From Podarcis erhardii (Eukaryota), in the NCBI GenBank assembly GCA_964252035.1, contig OZ176205.1: DNA of 64,000 nucleotides; one strand, written 5' to 3'. Positions 13,491-26,494 of the stretch are shown here, piece by piece. Every line of letters starts with the position of its first letter. Position 1 is the stretch's first letter. Under the pieces are notes generated by a model. The model saw only the letters and a program-made list of their open reading frames with translations. It did not search any database and had not been told where the DNA came from. The position numbers and the translations under genes were made by a program.

Positions 13491-16400
13491 ACTTTCAAAG
13501 CTGCAAACAGTGATATTAGCCTATAATCACCACTGGCTAGGGAAAAATTGATCACACCACTGCAAAACAAGTAGCTTAAAAGCCGCTGGTGCCAGCAGGT
13601 AAACCACCAAAATAGCATCTATAAGATGCAAACACTAAAACAGGAAAAGCTGCTCATGACAGAATTCTGGTCCCCAACAACCTATGAATATTAGCCCAAA
13701 ACACAGGTTTCATGGGTTGTGAAAATTTTGCTGTAGGGATCGGTGAGAATCAGTGCTAGGAAACTGGTTATTTCCATAACTTAAAAGGTTGTGTACTCCA
13801 AATTAGAACAACGGATCATATTCACCATTTTATCTACTTTCGATACTCATCACGCTTCAGGCTATAATCTTATGGGAAACCAAGACACTCTGCTTTAACA
13901 AACAAAATTTCACCCATGAACAGAAAGAAAAAAAGTAATCTGCTACAACTGTTCCCCAACACTTCTGAGTAACACACACTGCAGCATTAATTAAAAGCCT
14001 GCTGGCTAGCTTAACAACTTCCATATCAAATGTTCAACTGAAACACCCAACAGAAGGAAAGCAGCAGCTATAGGCAAAATGTCTCTAATGAGAGAGCATT
14101 TCCACTAGGGAAATTTGACACCATCATTAAACAGAAGTTTATTCTTGCACTTATCACTGGAAAAACCTAGGGGTTGTGCATTTGGACTAACAACTTTTGT
14201 TAGAACTAACAACTACCCAAAACTGACATTTCTCTTTAATGGCACACGGAGTGCAGATCTAAAGCATTTTTAAAGCCTCCCGCTGTTGATGGAAAATGGC
14301 AGACAAAAAATGTTCAAGACACAATTGTAGTTCTATAAATATGAGAAGGACACTTACAACTCTCTTTATTGGCTATGCTTAGGGGATCAGGCTTTGGTGG
14401 TGATGTAGTGCAGTGTATGTCTTAATGAGGATGTTTGCATTAAGTATCAGTCAGGAGGAGAACAAAAGGTGAACCACTTCAAAGCTGTATAAAAAGGAAG
14501 CCAAAGGGTGAAAAGTTAATGGCTTTCAGAGGAAGACTTTCTAGTAAAATGGAAGGTTGTATCTCCCATCACAGCCAAACCGTATTCCCAAACACAGCAA
14601 TTAAATCGAGTAATAAAAACAAAGCATTCTAATCCCTCAATGGCTGGAAATTAAACAAACTGAATTTAGGATGGAGGCTCATCCAGATGGATCTTTTCTC
14701 CCGAGAACAGGCTGAATATTCTGGAGCAGATATTATTGTGATCCCAACACTAATTTTACATCAAGCTGCCATCCCAGCTGCTATCCCAACAACACAATTT
14801 GACAGGCTTTGCACATTGTCGAGCTATGCAGCAGAAGTTAGGAAGGTTCCCTTCTCCCTGTAGTCCAATACAGACAACAAGCAGGGCCTTTCCCCTTTTC
14901 CAGAGATGGGCATCTTATCCATCTGAAAGCAACACTAGATCTCATAATGAGCCAGAAAGCCATGTCTAATTTACACATCATTTGCATTTCTTGCATGGCA
15001 TTCCCATGAGTCTTGGAACTGCAAAACTACAAGAGGTTGGCTGCATATATTCTGCCACAGAACCTATCATGAATTTGGCATTCATGAAATGTGAGAAACT
15101 TGCAACCCTGGGATCAAAAAATGTGCTAGGGATATTTTAGAAGCAGGGAAGTTTAGCACACTAACATCCATTATATTGAGTTCTCTTGGATGCCTCCATG
15201 TTTCTGTTCTTTTAAACAATTCTATGCTATCACATGTTCATACACATCTCTGAAAACGTTTGTGCTAGGAACATTTAAAGATGAAAACAAAGTTTCTAGG
15301 ATAAGAACACTGAGACATTACAGAAGCACCTTCGCCATGTGGTGGAGTTCATGGGCAATACATTTCCATTCTGTTCCAAAATACTGGTATCCTACATAAA
15401 ATTATGCACAATAGGCAGATTAGCAGGGATATTGCTCAATGGAATGAAGGATTAGTGCATTTGCACAGAGTATCTTGGCCACCTTTAAGTTTGCAAAGCA
15501 AACAAACACAATCTTGAGGGGATACATAGTATTAGAAACCAGGTTTTTATTCAAATATCAATTTTTAAAATGAAACACGTAACTCACCAGAGCCATGGAG
15601 CTATGGGATAAAAGATCACGTCCTACTGAGACAATGAAAATGCAGAGGATTGCCCCATTTGGCTCACAATTTTGGGGGCAGTTCCCTTTAAAAGCACCAT
15701 CTTCAAGTGCATACATGCAGCTCCAGAAATAATGTTGCTGGCAGAGGAAGCAAGAATGAATCATGGTCACATATACTCCCTAAGATCTCACTTATGACTT
15801 TGATACATAAAGCAGCTTCTCTCTCTCATTATCCCTTCCCCCCTCAAACTGTGTGGCTGTCAGACATAGATGGTGACCCACTCTGACTGCTGTCCTTCAG
15901 GCTTGAAGGACGCAGCTATACAATACTGAGCCCCCTTCCTTTGACATTGATGTCAAACAGCCTTCCATTCATTTTCAGAGGATTCGCAATCCATATCCAT
16001 TCTCAAAGCCAATATAAGCAGCAGGAGAGGCTCATTTCCTCTTCTCCTTTTGCACATCCTGTCACTGACGCCAGTGATTATCCTAACAGAGAATGGGAGG
16101 AGCCCCTGCTAGCAACCCATGGCAAATAGGTGGGAAATGCTGGGGCTGCTTGCATGTGTGAAACCTCCCACAGGCATCAAAGCTGAAGCACTTCAAACAA
16201 AGTCACAGCAGCCACAGCTCACAAAGATCAGCAACAAGCTACAGTGGAACAGCTTTAGGAAGAATCCTTGCTTTCCAATGGCCACACTTTATACTGACAA
16301 ACACCAGTTATGTGTTAGATTTGCATCCTCTACTCTGGGGTCCTTGTCTTTAACGCACAAAAAGGAGGGAAGGAAGCAGTAACAGAGGACATGAAAGTAC

Positions 16401-16681
16401 CAGATTTCACAGGAGACTGTGCATCTTCCCACTGGGCAAGCAACCAAGAGATGAGCACAAGTGCTGTGATGCTACAGAGATCACATATGCTGACACAACA
16501 CATTTGAGTGCCCCACCCTCCCAAGCTAAATCTGGAAGGAGGAGCAGGATAAAAACTACTCTTCAGCTTTAGGAAGACAGGAAAAAACCACACAGGAAGA
16601 AGAAAACACCATGTACTTTGTTATACACATTCATTCATTCATTCATTCATAGATAGGTTTGTGCAAGAAACAACACTTTAC

Positions 16682-16874
16682 TTGAATTGCTGGTCTTTGG
16701 TGCTCCTTGTTTTTGCCAGAAATCGTTCAGCTAGCTTCTCCAAGTTCCTGGAGTAATCCATCTCGATCTCAGCCTTTTTGCGGAAAAAATCCTGCAGGTC
16801 CTGGAGCAGCTGGACTCTAAGTTCACATTGCTGATCAAGACATTTCAGTTGTTCAATAAGCTGGGCTCGGATCT
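16682..16874 (-). CDS. SRGAP2: SRGAP2 (SLIT-ROBO Rho GTPase-activating protein 2), second coding exon, F-BAR domain N-terminus
   Basis: Translates to (E)IRAQLIEQLKCLDQQCELRVQLLQDLQDFFRKKAEIEMDYSRNLEKLAERFLAKTRSTKDQQF(K). This matches human SRGAP2 residues 23-87 except T29I and M32L, and differs from SRGAP1 and SRGAP3 at diagnostic positions (CLDQQCE, EMDY, FLAK). Acceptor cctttgttttacag|AGATC, donor TTCAA|gtaaag; 193 nt, phase 1 to phase 2 as in human. Confidence 0.97.
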
Positions 16875-17656
16875 CTGTAAAACAAAGGGGGAGGGAAGCC
16901 ACACACTGAGTGTTAAAACAGACTCTTAAAAAGGGCATAAAATGTAACAAGATGTCTGGTGGTCATAGTGCTAGAACATTGGTTAAAACTATGCAGACAT
17001 CAAGTAAGAAACTGCCTAAGAGAGCCGTGTCAACAACTCTGAGCTACCTAAAGAAGAGCCAAAATTGTACAATCATACAGTGTAGTACCAGATAGTGTTA
17101 TATATAAGTATATAATTGGAGGCAGTGTTAGAAACTCGTATAGAGAAGCTAGGAGCCAAATGGCTCCTGGGACCTTGGTTGCAGGCGCCAAAACATAATG
17201 TCTAGTAGTCACTTGGGGGAGGGAGGGTGGGAAACACTCTTTATTATTTTCAAAAGCATGAACCAATCTGCAATTCACATAAGTGATACAATGTTAATAT
17301 CACATTTTTAACAGAAATTGTTTATACATGTTTAATTTGGTGTCTACAATAAAAATATTGGTACCATACTTCAGTTTTCAAAATACTCTACTCTTTATTG
17401 TTAAACTCCTTAACATATTGTCTATCCTTAACATACACTTTGAAGTTTCAAAGCACATACATTTCAGTAATCCCTGAGTGTCAGCCAGACGCAAAAAATG
17501 GCACCCAGACTTTTTGAGGTGCTCACAAAGGGAGACTCTTTAGGAATGAAATGCGCCTGGTGCCCTGCTAATTTCGAACCCTGACTGAAGGACCTGGATT
17601 TCAAACCAATTCAGAATACATATTGAATGGCCTTAGCTTACACACACAGGGCCTAA

Positions 17657-17793
17657 GCTGGATAGCTCAGTTGGTTAGAGCTGATAATGCCAAAGTTGCA
17701 GGTTCGATCCCCATATGGAACAGCCGCATATTCCTGCATTGCAGGGGGTAGGACTGGATGATCCTTAGGGTCCCATCCAACTTTGATTCTATG
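17657..17793 (+). mobile_element. SINE with tRNA-Ile-like head and CR1-type 3' tail
   Basis: tagctcagttggttagagc..tgataatgccaaagttgcaggttcgatcccc resembles tRNA-Ile; same tail as the copy at 6333. Confidence 0.8.
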
Positions 17794-20328
17794 CTTCTCA
17801 AACCACATGCTCCACTTTTTGTTTTACTTCCAATCACAATGTGGTTCTCTAACATTTCATGTCAGGCATGGAGAGTGACTAGAAATGCATGGACAGTGCA
17901 TGGAGAGATTTTTAAATCTCCCCAACGACTGGTGACAAAATAAATCCATCCCACATTACAAATATGGGGGTGTCCCATGGGAGTGTTTTTTCCACCCCAA
18001 AGCCTAACTGTAGCAAAGGAAACAATTTTGACTGCTGTTTGGCAAGAATGAAAGAGTTAAGCCCTCCCACTCCATTCCCAATTAAAATCACTCTCCGTAA
18101 TTATATTTTTAAAAGAACACACAATATAATTGGGAATAATGCAATTAACATCATATGTATTTTAGCCCCACTGTGTAACCCACTTCACAAGGCTACTGAG
18201 AATGAAAATGTGATGGCCCTATGTATGCTGCCCTTCACTCTTTGGAGAAAGAGCAGGATATGAATGCTATAAATATTATGTACAAGCCAGTTAGTAAAAT
18301 CAAGGCTAAAATTGTTCCCCATGCCTCTCACTTCCCCTCTGGCCTCTAACCAACCTCAATGTCAGCAAAAGCTCTCCATGATTAACTGTGCCTGTAGACA
18401 GAAAAATAACTATAATTGTGTTTTGGACACTGTGGCCAAGGGATAACAAAGCAACTTGGAACCCAATACAGTTCACTTACAAGGAAGGCTTTTACTGCTG
18501 AAGATTCTATCCATCAGCAGTGTCAAGGGCACATTTGGCATCCCAACGAAGCGGTCATTGTCCAAAAATGTACTGAATCTCTCTAGATAAGGGCCACAGG
18601 GCCGGCTAACGCTGCAATTCCCCGTGTTAGCTCAAATTCCCTCCAGAGACTCTCCATCAAATTCCTTTGCAGGCTATTCCTAGGGCAAAACCAAAGCACT
18701 GATCATGCCGGGCATTCCCAGAAGACACCAATTTGGGATTATTCAATTAGCTGCTGTGACTCCAGCTGCGTCACTGCAATTAAATGCAGCACATCAAATT
18801 GAGAATACTTTGCCTTTGGAAGGTCCAACTGATTCGCATTCCCAATTGGAAAAGGTCACAAGACTGTTTCATTTTTCATGAAAAGGATGTCTTTGGGCAA
18901 AATTTTCAGGCAGATTCCTTTCGCCTGCACAGAGAGTGGTTTTAGCATAGATGACACGGCTGTTAATATACCATTTTTACTACTTGGGCAGATAAATGTT
19001 TTATTAAGACCACCCAATGCTTGCAATAGCCTTTGGAAGTATCAAACTATATATTTCTGACCCATGGGAAAGCTAAACAAGTGACATCACATCTGGCAAG
19101 TAAAAGTACCATTCTCAGTTATTATATCAAACCCCACCAACGTACGGCCTTTGGCTACTGAGCTATTAAATAAGTTGGTTGCAGATCTATTAATAATGCC
19201 TCTGCCTCAGCCCCCTAAATGCCCAAGAAAATGATCAGCTATGCATTTTCCTCCAAAACTCTCTGGACATTTGAAAAGCTAATTAGAACTGCCTGCTATG
19301 TCTGTGAATTTTCTGTGGCCGATCTCAGTTATTTATATAACAGTCTCATTCCCAGATCAAATTGATACCAAACAACATAAATAAGCAAATGCAACACTTA
19401 GCATTCACTGAGCTTCTGTCTTTTCTTTACGACTCTGGATCATTTGGATACAAAACTCAGTGCAAGCAGCACTAGAGCAAGAGGGCTTTTGCAAGTGTTT
19501 ATTTTTTAAATGGCCCATTTTATATGCACACAAACTACAGACAAAGAAGCAAGGATAAGATCCAACATCACACCAGCTGCTGAGACTTCCCCAGTCCTTC
19601 TTCTTCCCCCACAGCTCCCATGTCCCCCCATTTGCTCCAAAGCCCCCACCCCTCCACAACCCTCTAAGCATATTAGGGAGCAAGGATGAATGCTGCAGCC
19701 AAGTCCCTATTTATGCAAGGGTGCCATAACTGGATATAACATCCAAAATGAGAAAAAACTACTGATTGAAAAAAGGAACCTACAGGTAGGTATCTGGTCA
19801 GTAACTGAAACCACATTCTTCAGAGCAATGTTCAGAGGTCTAAAAGCTTTCCCTTGGAAAAGCTGAAAGAATCATCTTAACCTTCAAGCAGCACACTGAA
19901 CTTGGCCAACAATCAAGCAATGAAGGAAAAAGAAAATGCATTTTATACATCACTTCATTTTTATGAGCAATCAGATCAGATATGCCGAGCTTCTTCAAGT
20001 TTCCACGTGGTAGATTCAACTTCATAGCTACTTTATCCGAAACTGTTCAGGGGACCCAAACAACTGCATGGAGTCTTCATGTGTCCTATCCATCACATGA
20101 ATAGAATATATACTAATAATAATCTTCAGCATTTGAACCCAAAACATATTTAACTCAACCTCCAAACACAGGACTCACTCTTAATAGTTTTACCATATAA
20201 CCCTTCCCCCACTTCTCTTAAAGCAGCTTTTAAAAACAACAATGCAATGGTTTTGCTACTGCAAGTCACCTTTTTAAAAAAGGGCATCACTCAGTTTGGA
20301 CACTTCACAACCCAGTAATTGAAGACCA

Positions 20329-20333
<5 letters not shown>

Positions 20334-20380
<47 letters not shown>
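20334..20380. repeat. (GT)n microsatellite
   Basis: Perfect dinucleotide run. Confidence 0.98.
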
Positions 20381-20382
<2 letters not shown>

Positions 20383-20936
20383 AGTATATATAATCCAATT
20401 AGCTGCTTTATAGTGTTCCAGTTAATTCCACAGAAAATTTTAGATGCAGTACAACAGCTCTTCTCATATAGGTATACAAAGACTCAGAGCTCAAAAACTT
20501 TTAAAAGGTGGTAGAAATGGTTTTTAAAATGTTCCACAGATGCACATGGGTGCAGCTGCACAGCAGAATACAAATGTATAAGTAAGTAAGAAAGAAGCCT
20601 TATGGGGGTGGGTAGGTGTTGCCCCCCTGGAGAGATAATGTCAATACATGTCTTTCACTCACCACAGCTTCCCATTCCTGCTTGCTTTTCATTGATTTTT
20701 TAGGAAGGCTGGGAGTACAGAAAATCCAGTAGTTTCTATAGCAATCATGACACTTACACCTGCTGAGGAAATAATTTTTGCAGCTTTGGGGACAGGTAGC
20801 GATGGCAGCCTAGAGAGCTAGTTCTGAGACAGCAAAATCCCACAGGGAATGTAAGGTGCTGAAACAGCCAGCCTGTAGTAGGAGAAATCAAGAGTACTGG
20901 TCTTCTGGGACCTGTGCAGGGAAGCAAGGTCTAAAG

Positions 20937-21072
20937 CAGGCATCCCCAAACTTGGCCCTCCAGAAGTTTTGGGACTACAACTCCCATCATCCCTAGCTAA
21001 CAGGACCAGTGGTCAGGGATGATGGGAATTGTAGTCCCAAAACATCTGGAGGGCTGAGTTTGGGGATGCCTG
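20937..21072. mobile_element. 136-bp palindromic hAT MITE
   Basis: TIRs CAGGCATCCCCAAACT / AGTTTGGGGATGCCTG; same family as 27078 and 59485; no TSD recognisable. Confidence 0.9.
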
Positions 21073-24000
21073 CTATATGCTGCCTAATTAGCTTTTTCCG
21101 GAATTATTTTTCTCTGTTAGATAAAACAAGCTCCCGTAATATTTTCAGTTGCTTTTTGTAGGAAGAATTCACTGTGTTCAAAGTACACCACCATACTCTG
21201 AAACCCAGCCAACTGATTGGTAGTGTTCTACGTGAAGATGCTTTTAAGGATTCTGATGAGGATCAAACATTTTTTGTCATCTGGGCATATCAGGGACCTA
21301 TAGAACAAGCCAAAAATATTCTTTTGCAGAAAGAAACCAGATTTATTTTTCTACTCAACACTTTACATCCTTCAGGCTTGAATACAGAATTAGATTACAG
21401 CTGTTTTTTATGAGTTATTACGTGGTTAATATCTTAAAGGAATATTATCAATTTCTTTAAACATTTATTTATGGTTAAAATATGGTCTTTTTAAGAAGCA
21501 TTTATGGAAATTATAGCCACCTGTAGTTGTAGTCAATATTGCCTCTCTCTATATAAAGAGGCATTAGGTTAATGGTCGTGATGACTGAATCCATTATGTT
21601 CCATGTCTCTGATATACAAGAATACGGTATGTAAATTTATTGTTTAGTATGTGTATTATTTTACTTGGTTTTGTATAAAATTACATCACATTATGTTCCT
21701 TTATATAATCCACAGTATGCACAGCTGACAAAGCTTGGTTGGGTGAAACATGGGATTATCCTGGAATCCTTGACTTATTTTCTGCATGTGCCATTCTTCC
21801 AAGTTTTTCATCTGATACAGTACCTGCATACAAGGAACACTAGAATTCTTAACAGCATATTCATGTGGAACACTACAAGATTGATATCCGTGGATATTGC
21901 CAATATAAGAACTGAATAGATTGTATTTCCTGATCAATCTGCTGGACTTTAATTTCTCATAATATGTTTCGTTTATATGATGAGTTGGTCTACAGAACCA
22001 TATATTTTGATATGATATGTTGAATCGCATTTAAAAAGAATTTATATAGTTACACATAGCCTGTTACGTTGTTTGTGTTGTTATGAACTGTCATGAGGCG
22101 GGACTGCTATGCTCCGTAAAACCAAACTGGGCCAAGCAAGCTAACAACTATGTCACACCCTTCAAGCCACAGTCAATGGTTCCTCCCTTTTGTTTCTGCA
22201 GAGATGTGCTACAGCAGGACCAGTGCTCTGCAGTTTCCACAGGACTGCATTTCCATTGGACGGAAAGCAGTAGCTGATTGGGTTTGCTGGCACTGGGGAA
22301 CAATAGTTCATTGATGGCCCAAGTGCCCCTTTCTGTTAGGTTTTCGCAGGTTTTTAGTTGTTGTTGTTGTGGCTGCAAATAAAATGAAGTCAAGAATGCA
22401 GGAATTTCCTGAAGGCCAGAAAGTTTTCCAAGGCTATACAATGTATTCCTGTTATCCAATCCCAATCCTTATACAAGCAGAGGGTTCCCCCCCCCACCTC
22501 CTGCCAGAACATACTAAGGCACAGTGGGCCGCTGTATTTCAGAACAGCTTACCAAAAGAAACTGCAGATGCAATAAATATACTGAAAGGACTGGTAACTC
22601 CTACCTAAACTACTTACCCTGAACCAATTTAGTTTGGAATTTAACACTTCTTTCAAAAAATATGTATCTTCATTCGCTTGGAGGGTGTCATTTAAACCTG
22701 TATAATCCCAAAACCACAGTGCACCACAAGCAGAGGACAAATGGGGGGAAAGGGCACAACCGTCCAATTTCCGCAACAAAACTTAACACAGAGACCACTG
22801 GGAGGAGGTCAGAATACATTATCAGTAGCCTGCCTTAACTAGGGAAAGTTTTCTTCCTGCAAGGTTGATAACTTGATAAAAAACTCACCAAGAGAACCCA
22901 ATGCATCTCTGTGCCATGAGCTGAGCCAGGCTTTTGTCTATCTTCACAATTTGAATGGCAGCAGCTTTCGAAACGGCCATTGTGACAGGGAATTTCATTA
23001 ATGCGAGCAGTTTCTGAGCTCTGGGTGCAGTAGTGAGCCTAAGATTTCAGATTAAAACTGCCCCTGCTGGAAGAAAAGGAAGACCCTTTTCTGCCTCCCC
23101 ACTTCCAGCCACTCTCTGAAGACTGCAGAAGGGACCCTTCATAAGAATATAAGGGGGGGCGGGGCAGGCAGGGGAAGTATGGCTTTGGTTTTTTTAGTCT
23201 TCTGATGAAGACTAGACCATGTGGGAAATGAACATAAGATTTTAGCTGCAGTTCACTCATTTTCAGCTTTGCATTTTTGTTATAAACCGCACCAAGACAC
23301 TCCATTGTGGTGCCCATAACCTAGGATTAAGGTGCCATTTAGCTCCTATCTTTCATATCTCAGTTTCTAACGCTGAATGGCAGACATCACTACCAACACA
23401 TTAAACACTGGCTCTCCTGAACAACTTCATGCTTCACGTGGGCCATTCATGTGTTGTTGTTGTTTTAAAAAATGCCTGTTTAATCTACCATTAACAATGC
23501 AACTTAAAATAACTATGTTAAAAACAAAGGACCAGACCAAAAAATATTTTGCAGGTAAATGAAAAGGTCTTCTCCAGATGTCAAAAAGAACCAGGAAGAT
23601 GATACCAAGTAACCTTTTCTGGCACCCCCACACACCTCATGGTTAGCCACTTCATTTTGCTTGGTGAGGCACTTGGGGCAGTGCCTCTGAAAAAGATCTT
23701 AAGGTTTGGGTAAGAACCTCATATATGTTTATATGTTAATATTTTATCTGTTAACATCTGGTAAATATGTTCCCCTTATTTTTAAAAAAGAGATCATAAG
23801 GTTTTGTTGTTTTTAAAGGAAACCCATCCAGAGATTGGGGGGGGGGGGCTGTTCACTGTAAACTTGCAAAAATGTTTTCATCACCCCCTCAAATCAGAAT
23901 CCTGTAAAGGGAAAAATGTGTGTTTGGGGCAAAGACACTGCAATATTTTTAGAACAGCCAGTCTAATTTAGAAGCATCCTCACAGCATGCACTCTGCCAC

Positions 24001-25190
24001 ATGCAGACACCAGCGAGTATCTGCAAGGCTCATTGCAAGCCCTCATGGAGCTTCCCTGTAAATTTAACTTGAGGGGCTTAAAAAAAAAAAATCTTACAAT
24101 TAAAGAAACAGTTCAGCAGCACTCTGCATTCTCAATTTTTCTTTGAAAATTCACATTCTCGGATGGTCACGTAAGAAATCTCACAAAAGAGTAACATTTT
24201 TGTATGAGAACCTCTAATAGAACTAAGCCAGAAACAATGAGGAGATAACATAAATTGCAGAGCCAGCCCGATTCATCTTCCTTATTTATTTAACAAGCCA
24301 AACATAAAATATACTGAATTAACAACCCCTTATCTGCTGTAGCCACCAAAAGACCAACCTACATAAGGAGAATTTGCATTGCTTTCAGGCTTGCTGAAGG
24401 CTTAGTACATGCTACAGTCTGCAGCTGACCCAACAGGGAGCCTGTCACCTAGAATCGCTTAATAGAAGCACGAAGTGTGGGAGACAATTTTCCTTCCCTG
24501 CAGCACCATAAAACACAGAAAAATATTTGAAGCATAGGAGGTAAAGTAAGAGATGAGAAAACCAGGCTCAACCTTAGCTTGATGGACGAGCTTAACTGCA
24601 AGTTACAATGATGGGTTTTTATCATCCTTGTAGAGCACATGAAGTGTGGAGCTTCAGAAATTATAACTCTGAAGTCTGACAACTCAACACTTTGAGGATC
24701 ATGAAGAAAAGAAAAGAACATTCAGATCTCCAAGTTCCAAAAAAACTTAGGGAGCCATAGATCGAAACCAGCACCTTAAAGTCAGCCTTAAGGAACTGCA
24801 GCATCAATTTAATGTGCTCTCCATGCAGGTTAATATGCTCTCATGCGGCTCGGTGGCATTTCACCACCTTTTAAAAGAACCTTCAGGACACATGCATCAT
24901 GAGACATTAATGAAGGCTCCAGATTCCTAGGGTAAAATAATAGTCAATCATTCTAAACCAAAGATAAATCAACTTTCAATGCAAAAATATTGGCCTTGGT
25001 GCTTTGAATATAATTTTGGCAAATCAGCTACAAAGAGTACTTTTACCAAAGGTTTTAACTTTCTCTTTCAACAGGAATGGTTGTGGGTTTTCTATTTCTT
25101 CATATCATTTTTATAATCAATACATTTTTATAACAGCACAGAAAGAGTGGCTGGGGAAACCCAGCCAGATGGGCGGGGTACAAGTAATAA

Positions 25191-25240
<50 letters not shown>
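25191..25240. repeat. (ATT)n microsatellite
   Basis: Perfect ATT run; source of the poly-Y and poly-N ORFs. Confidence 0.97.
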
Positions 25241-25241
<1 letters not shown>

Positions 25242-26494
25242 AACTTCAGTTTGGTATGAAGGGCCCAAGATGAAAACTTGCATCTCTTGCACTAGCTGAA
25301 GAACAGGTGATGCTATTCTGAGTGCCACACCCTGCAAGATTCAGCGAGCTATTTTATTTCACACTTACAAAAGAGACAGAGATGAGACAGATGTGTGTTT
25401 TTTATAAAAAGAAAACTTCTCATAATTACTGAAGAACTGAATAATAAACAGATGCTATCTTCGTAAGCAATAATCCCCACAGTAGTAAATCCAGAGGCTA
25501 AACAAGATTTTTCTTTTTATGTTTTCTCTCCTCCACCAATGCCAACCGCTCTTCCTTAACATACCTTAACTCTAACTAACCCTTCCCCCCTCCATATGCT
25601 AACTGCCTTAGGATGCTCCTTGTCAATCACAAGCAACTCATCACTATTCTAAAAGAGCTGGGGTATTACATTTGCATAAAGCCAAGTCACAAAGCCCTAA
25701 TCCTTTAACTCAATATTTAGTCCAAGATGATTCCATTATGACAGTATTTTTTAAAACAAACTCAAGGCGCGCGCACACACACATCATTTCCAACAGAGGT
25801 TAAAAAGCAGCAGCAATTACCAAGATTGTATCCACACAAGTTTGAGCAGGCATAATGCCAACACTTGGATGTATCGATGCTTTGCAGCTGCTAATTATAA
25901 TTAAGGAACTCCAACTGGTATACAGCACAAAAGAAGAAAGAATTAATTCTGAACAGCAACCCCCATACGGGATCAAACCAACAGCACATTTTCCTTTTTA
26001 CTGAAATTCATAGGAAAATATTGGCTTGCCTACACTTTTTGCCCTATTGTGGACAGCAGGAAAGCATTCATTCTTTTGGAACAGTTATTACTTTGTAACA
26101 CATGGAGAACAAAGCTCTCGCTCATATAGATGCAAGCCCCCATGCCGTCACCTGAACGTTGCTGGAGGGCTCATGACCCAGTGGGAATCTGGTGGAGGCT
26201 TCGTGGAACCTCTCCATGAGGACTGTCAACACAGCCTGTACCATTTGGACCATCAGGATGGCATCATGTGAATGGAAGGGTCAGCAGAGAGTGCCCCATA
26301 TGGTGGCACTGGCTGATAAAACTGATGCATCCACCCAGTTCTCACTAGGCCACCAGCCCACAAAAACCCAAAAGAAACATAGCAGGGCTGTGTTCTTTTC
26401 TTTTCTTTTCTTTCTTTTTTTTAAGAGCCAAGTATAAGTAACATTTTGCCCATAAGAGTCACAATGCAATTTGAAAAACAGAGATAAATAATGC

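Larger units (their letters stand above)
1..16681 (-). other. SRGAP2: SRGAP2 intron downstream of the exon; next exon (KDQNVLSPVNCW...) not found in window
   Basis: GT donor at 16681-16680; manual scan found no sequence encoding the next SRGAP2 exon. Confidence 0.8.

Noticed and set aside
16875-16950. N-terminal extension MLHFMPFLRVCFNTQCVASLPLCFT of the ORF covering the SRGAP2 exon
   Set aside because: It is intronic read-through across the pyrimidine tract and AG acceptor; homology begins exactly at the splice site.
25004-25337. Poly-Y and poly-N ORFs (also the IY-repeat ORF at 1662-1877)
   Set aside because: Produced by (ATT)n and (TA)n microsatellites.
26020-26310. GC-richer block with overlapping 81-aa ORFs
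   Set aside because: No recognisable protein motif; probably an old unclassified repeat, and I cannot support any call.
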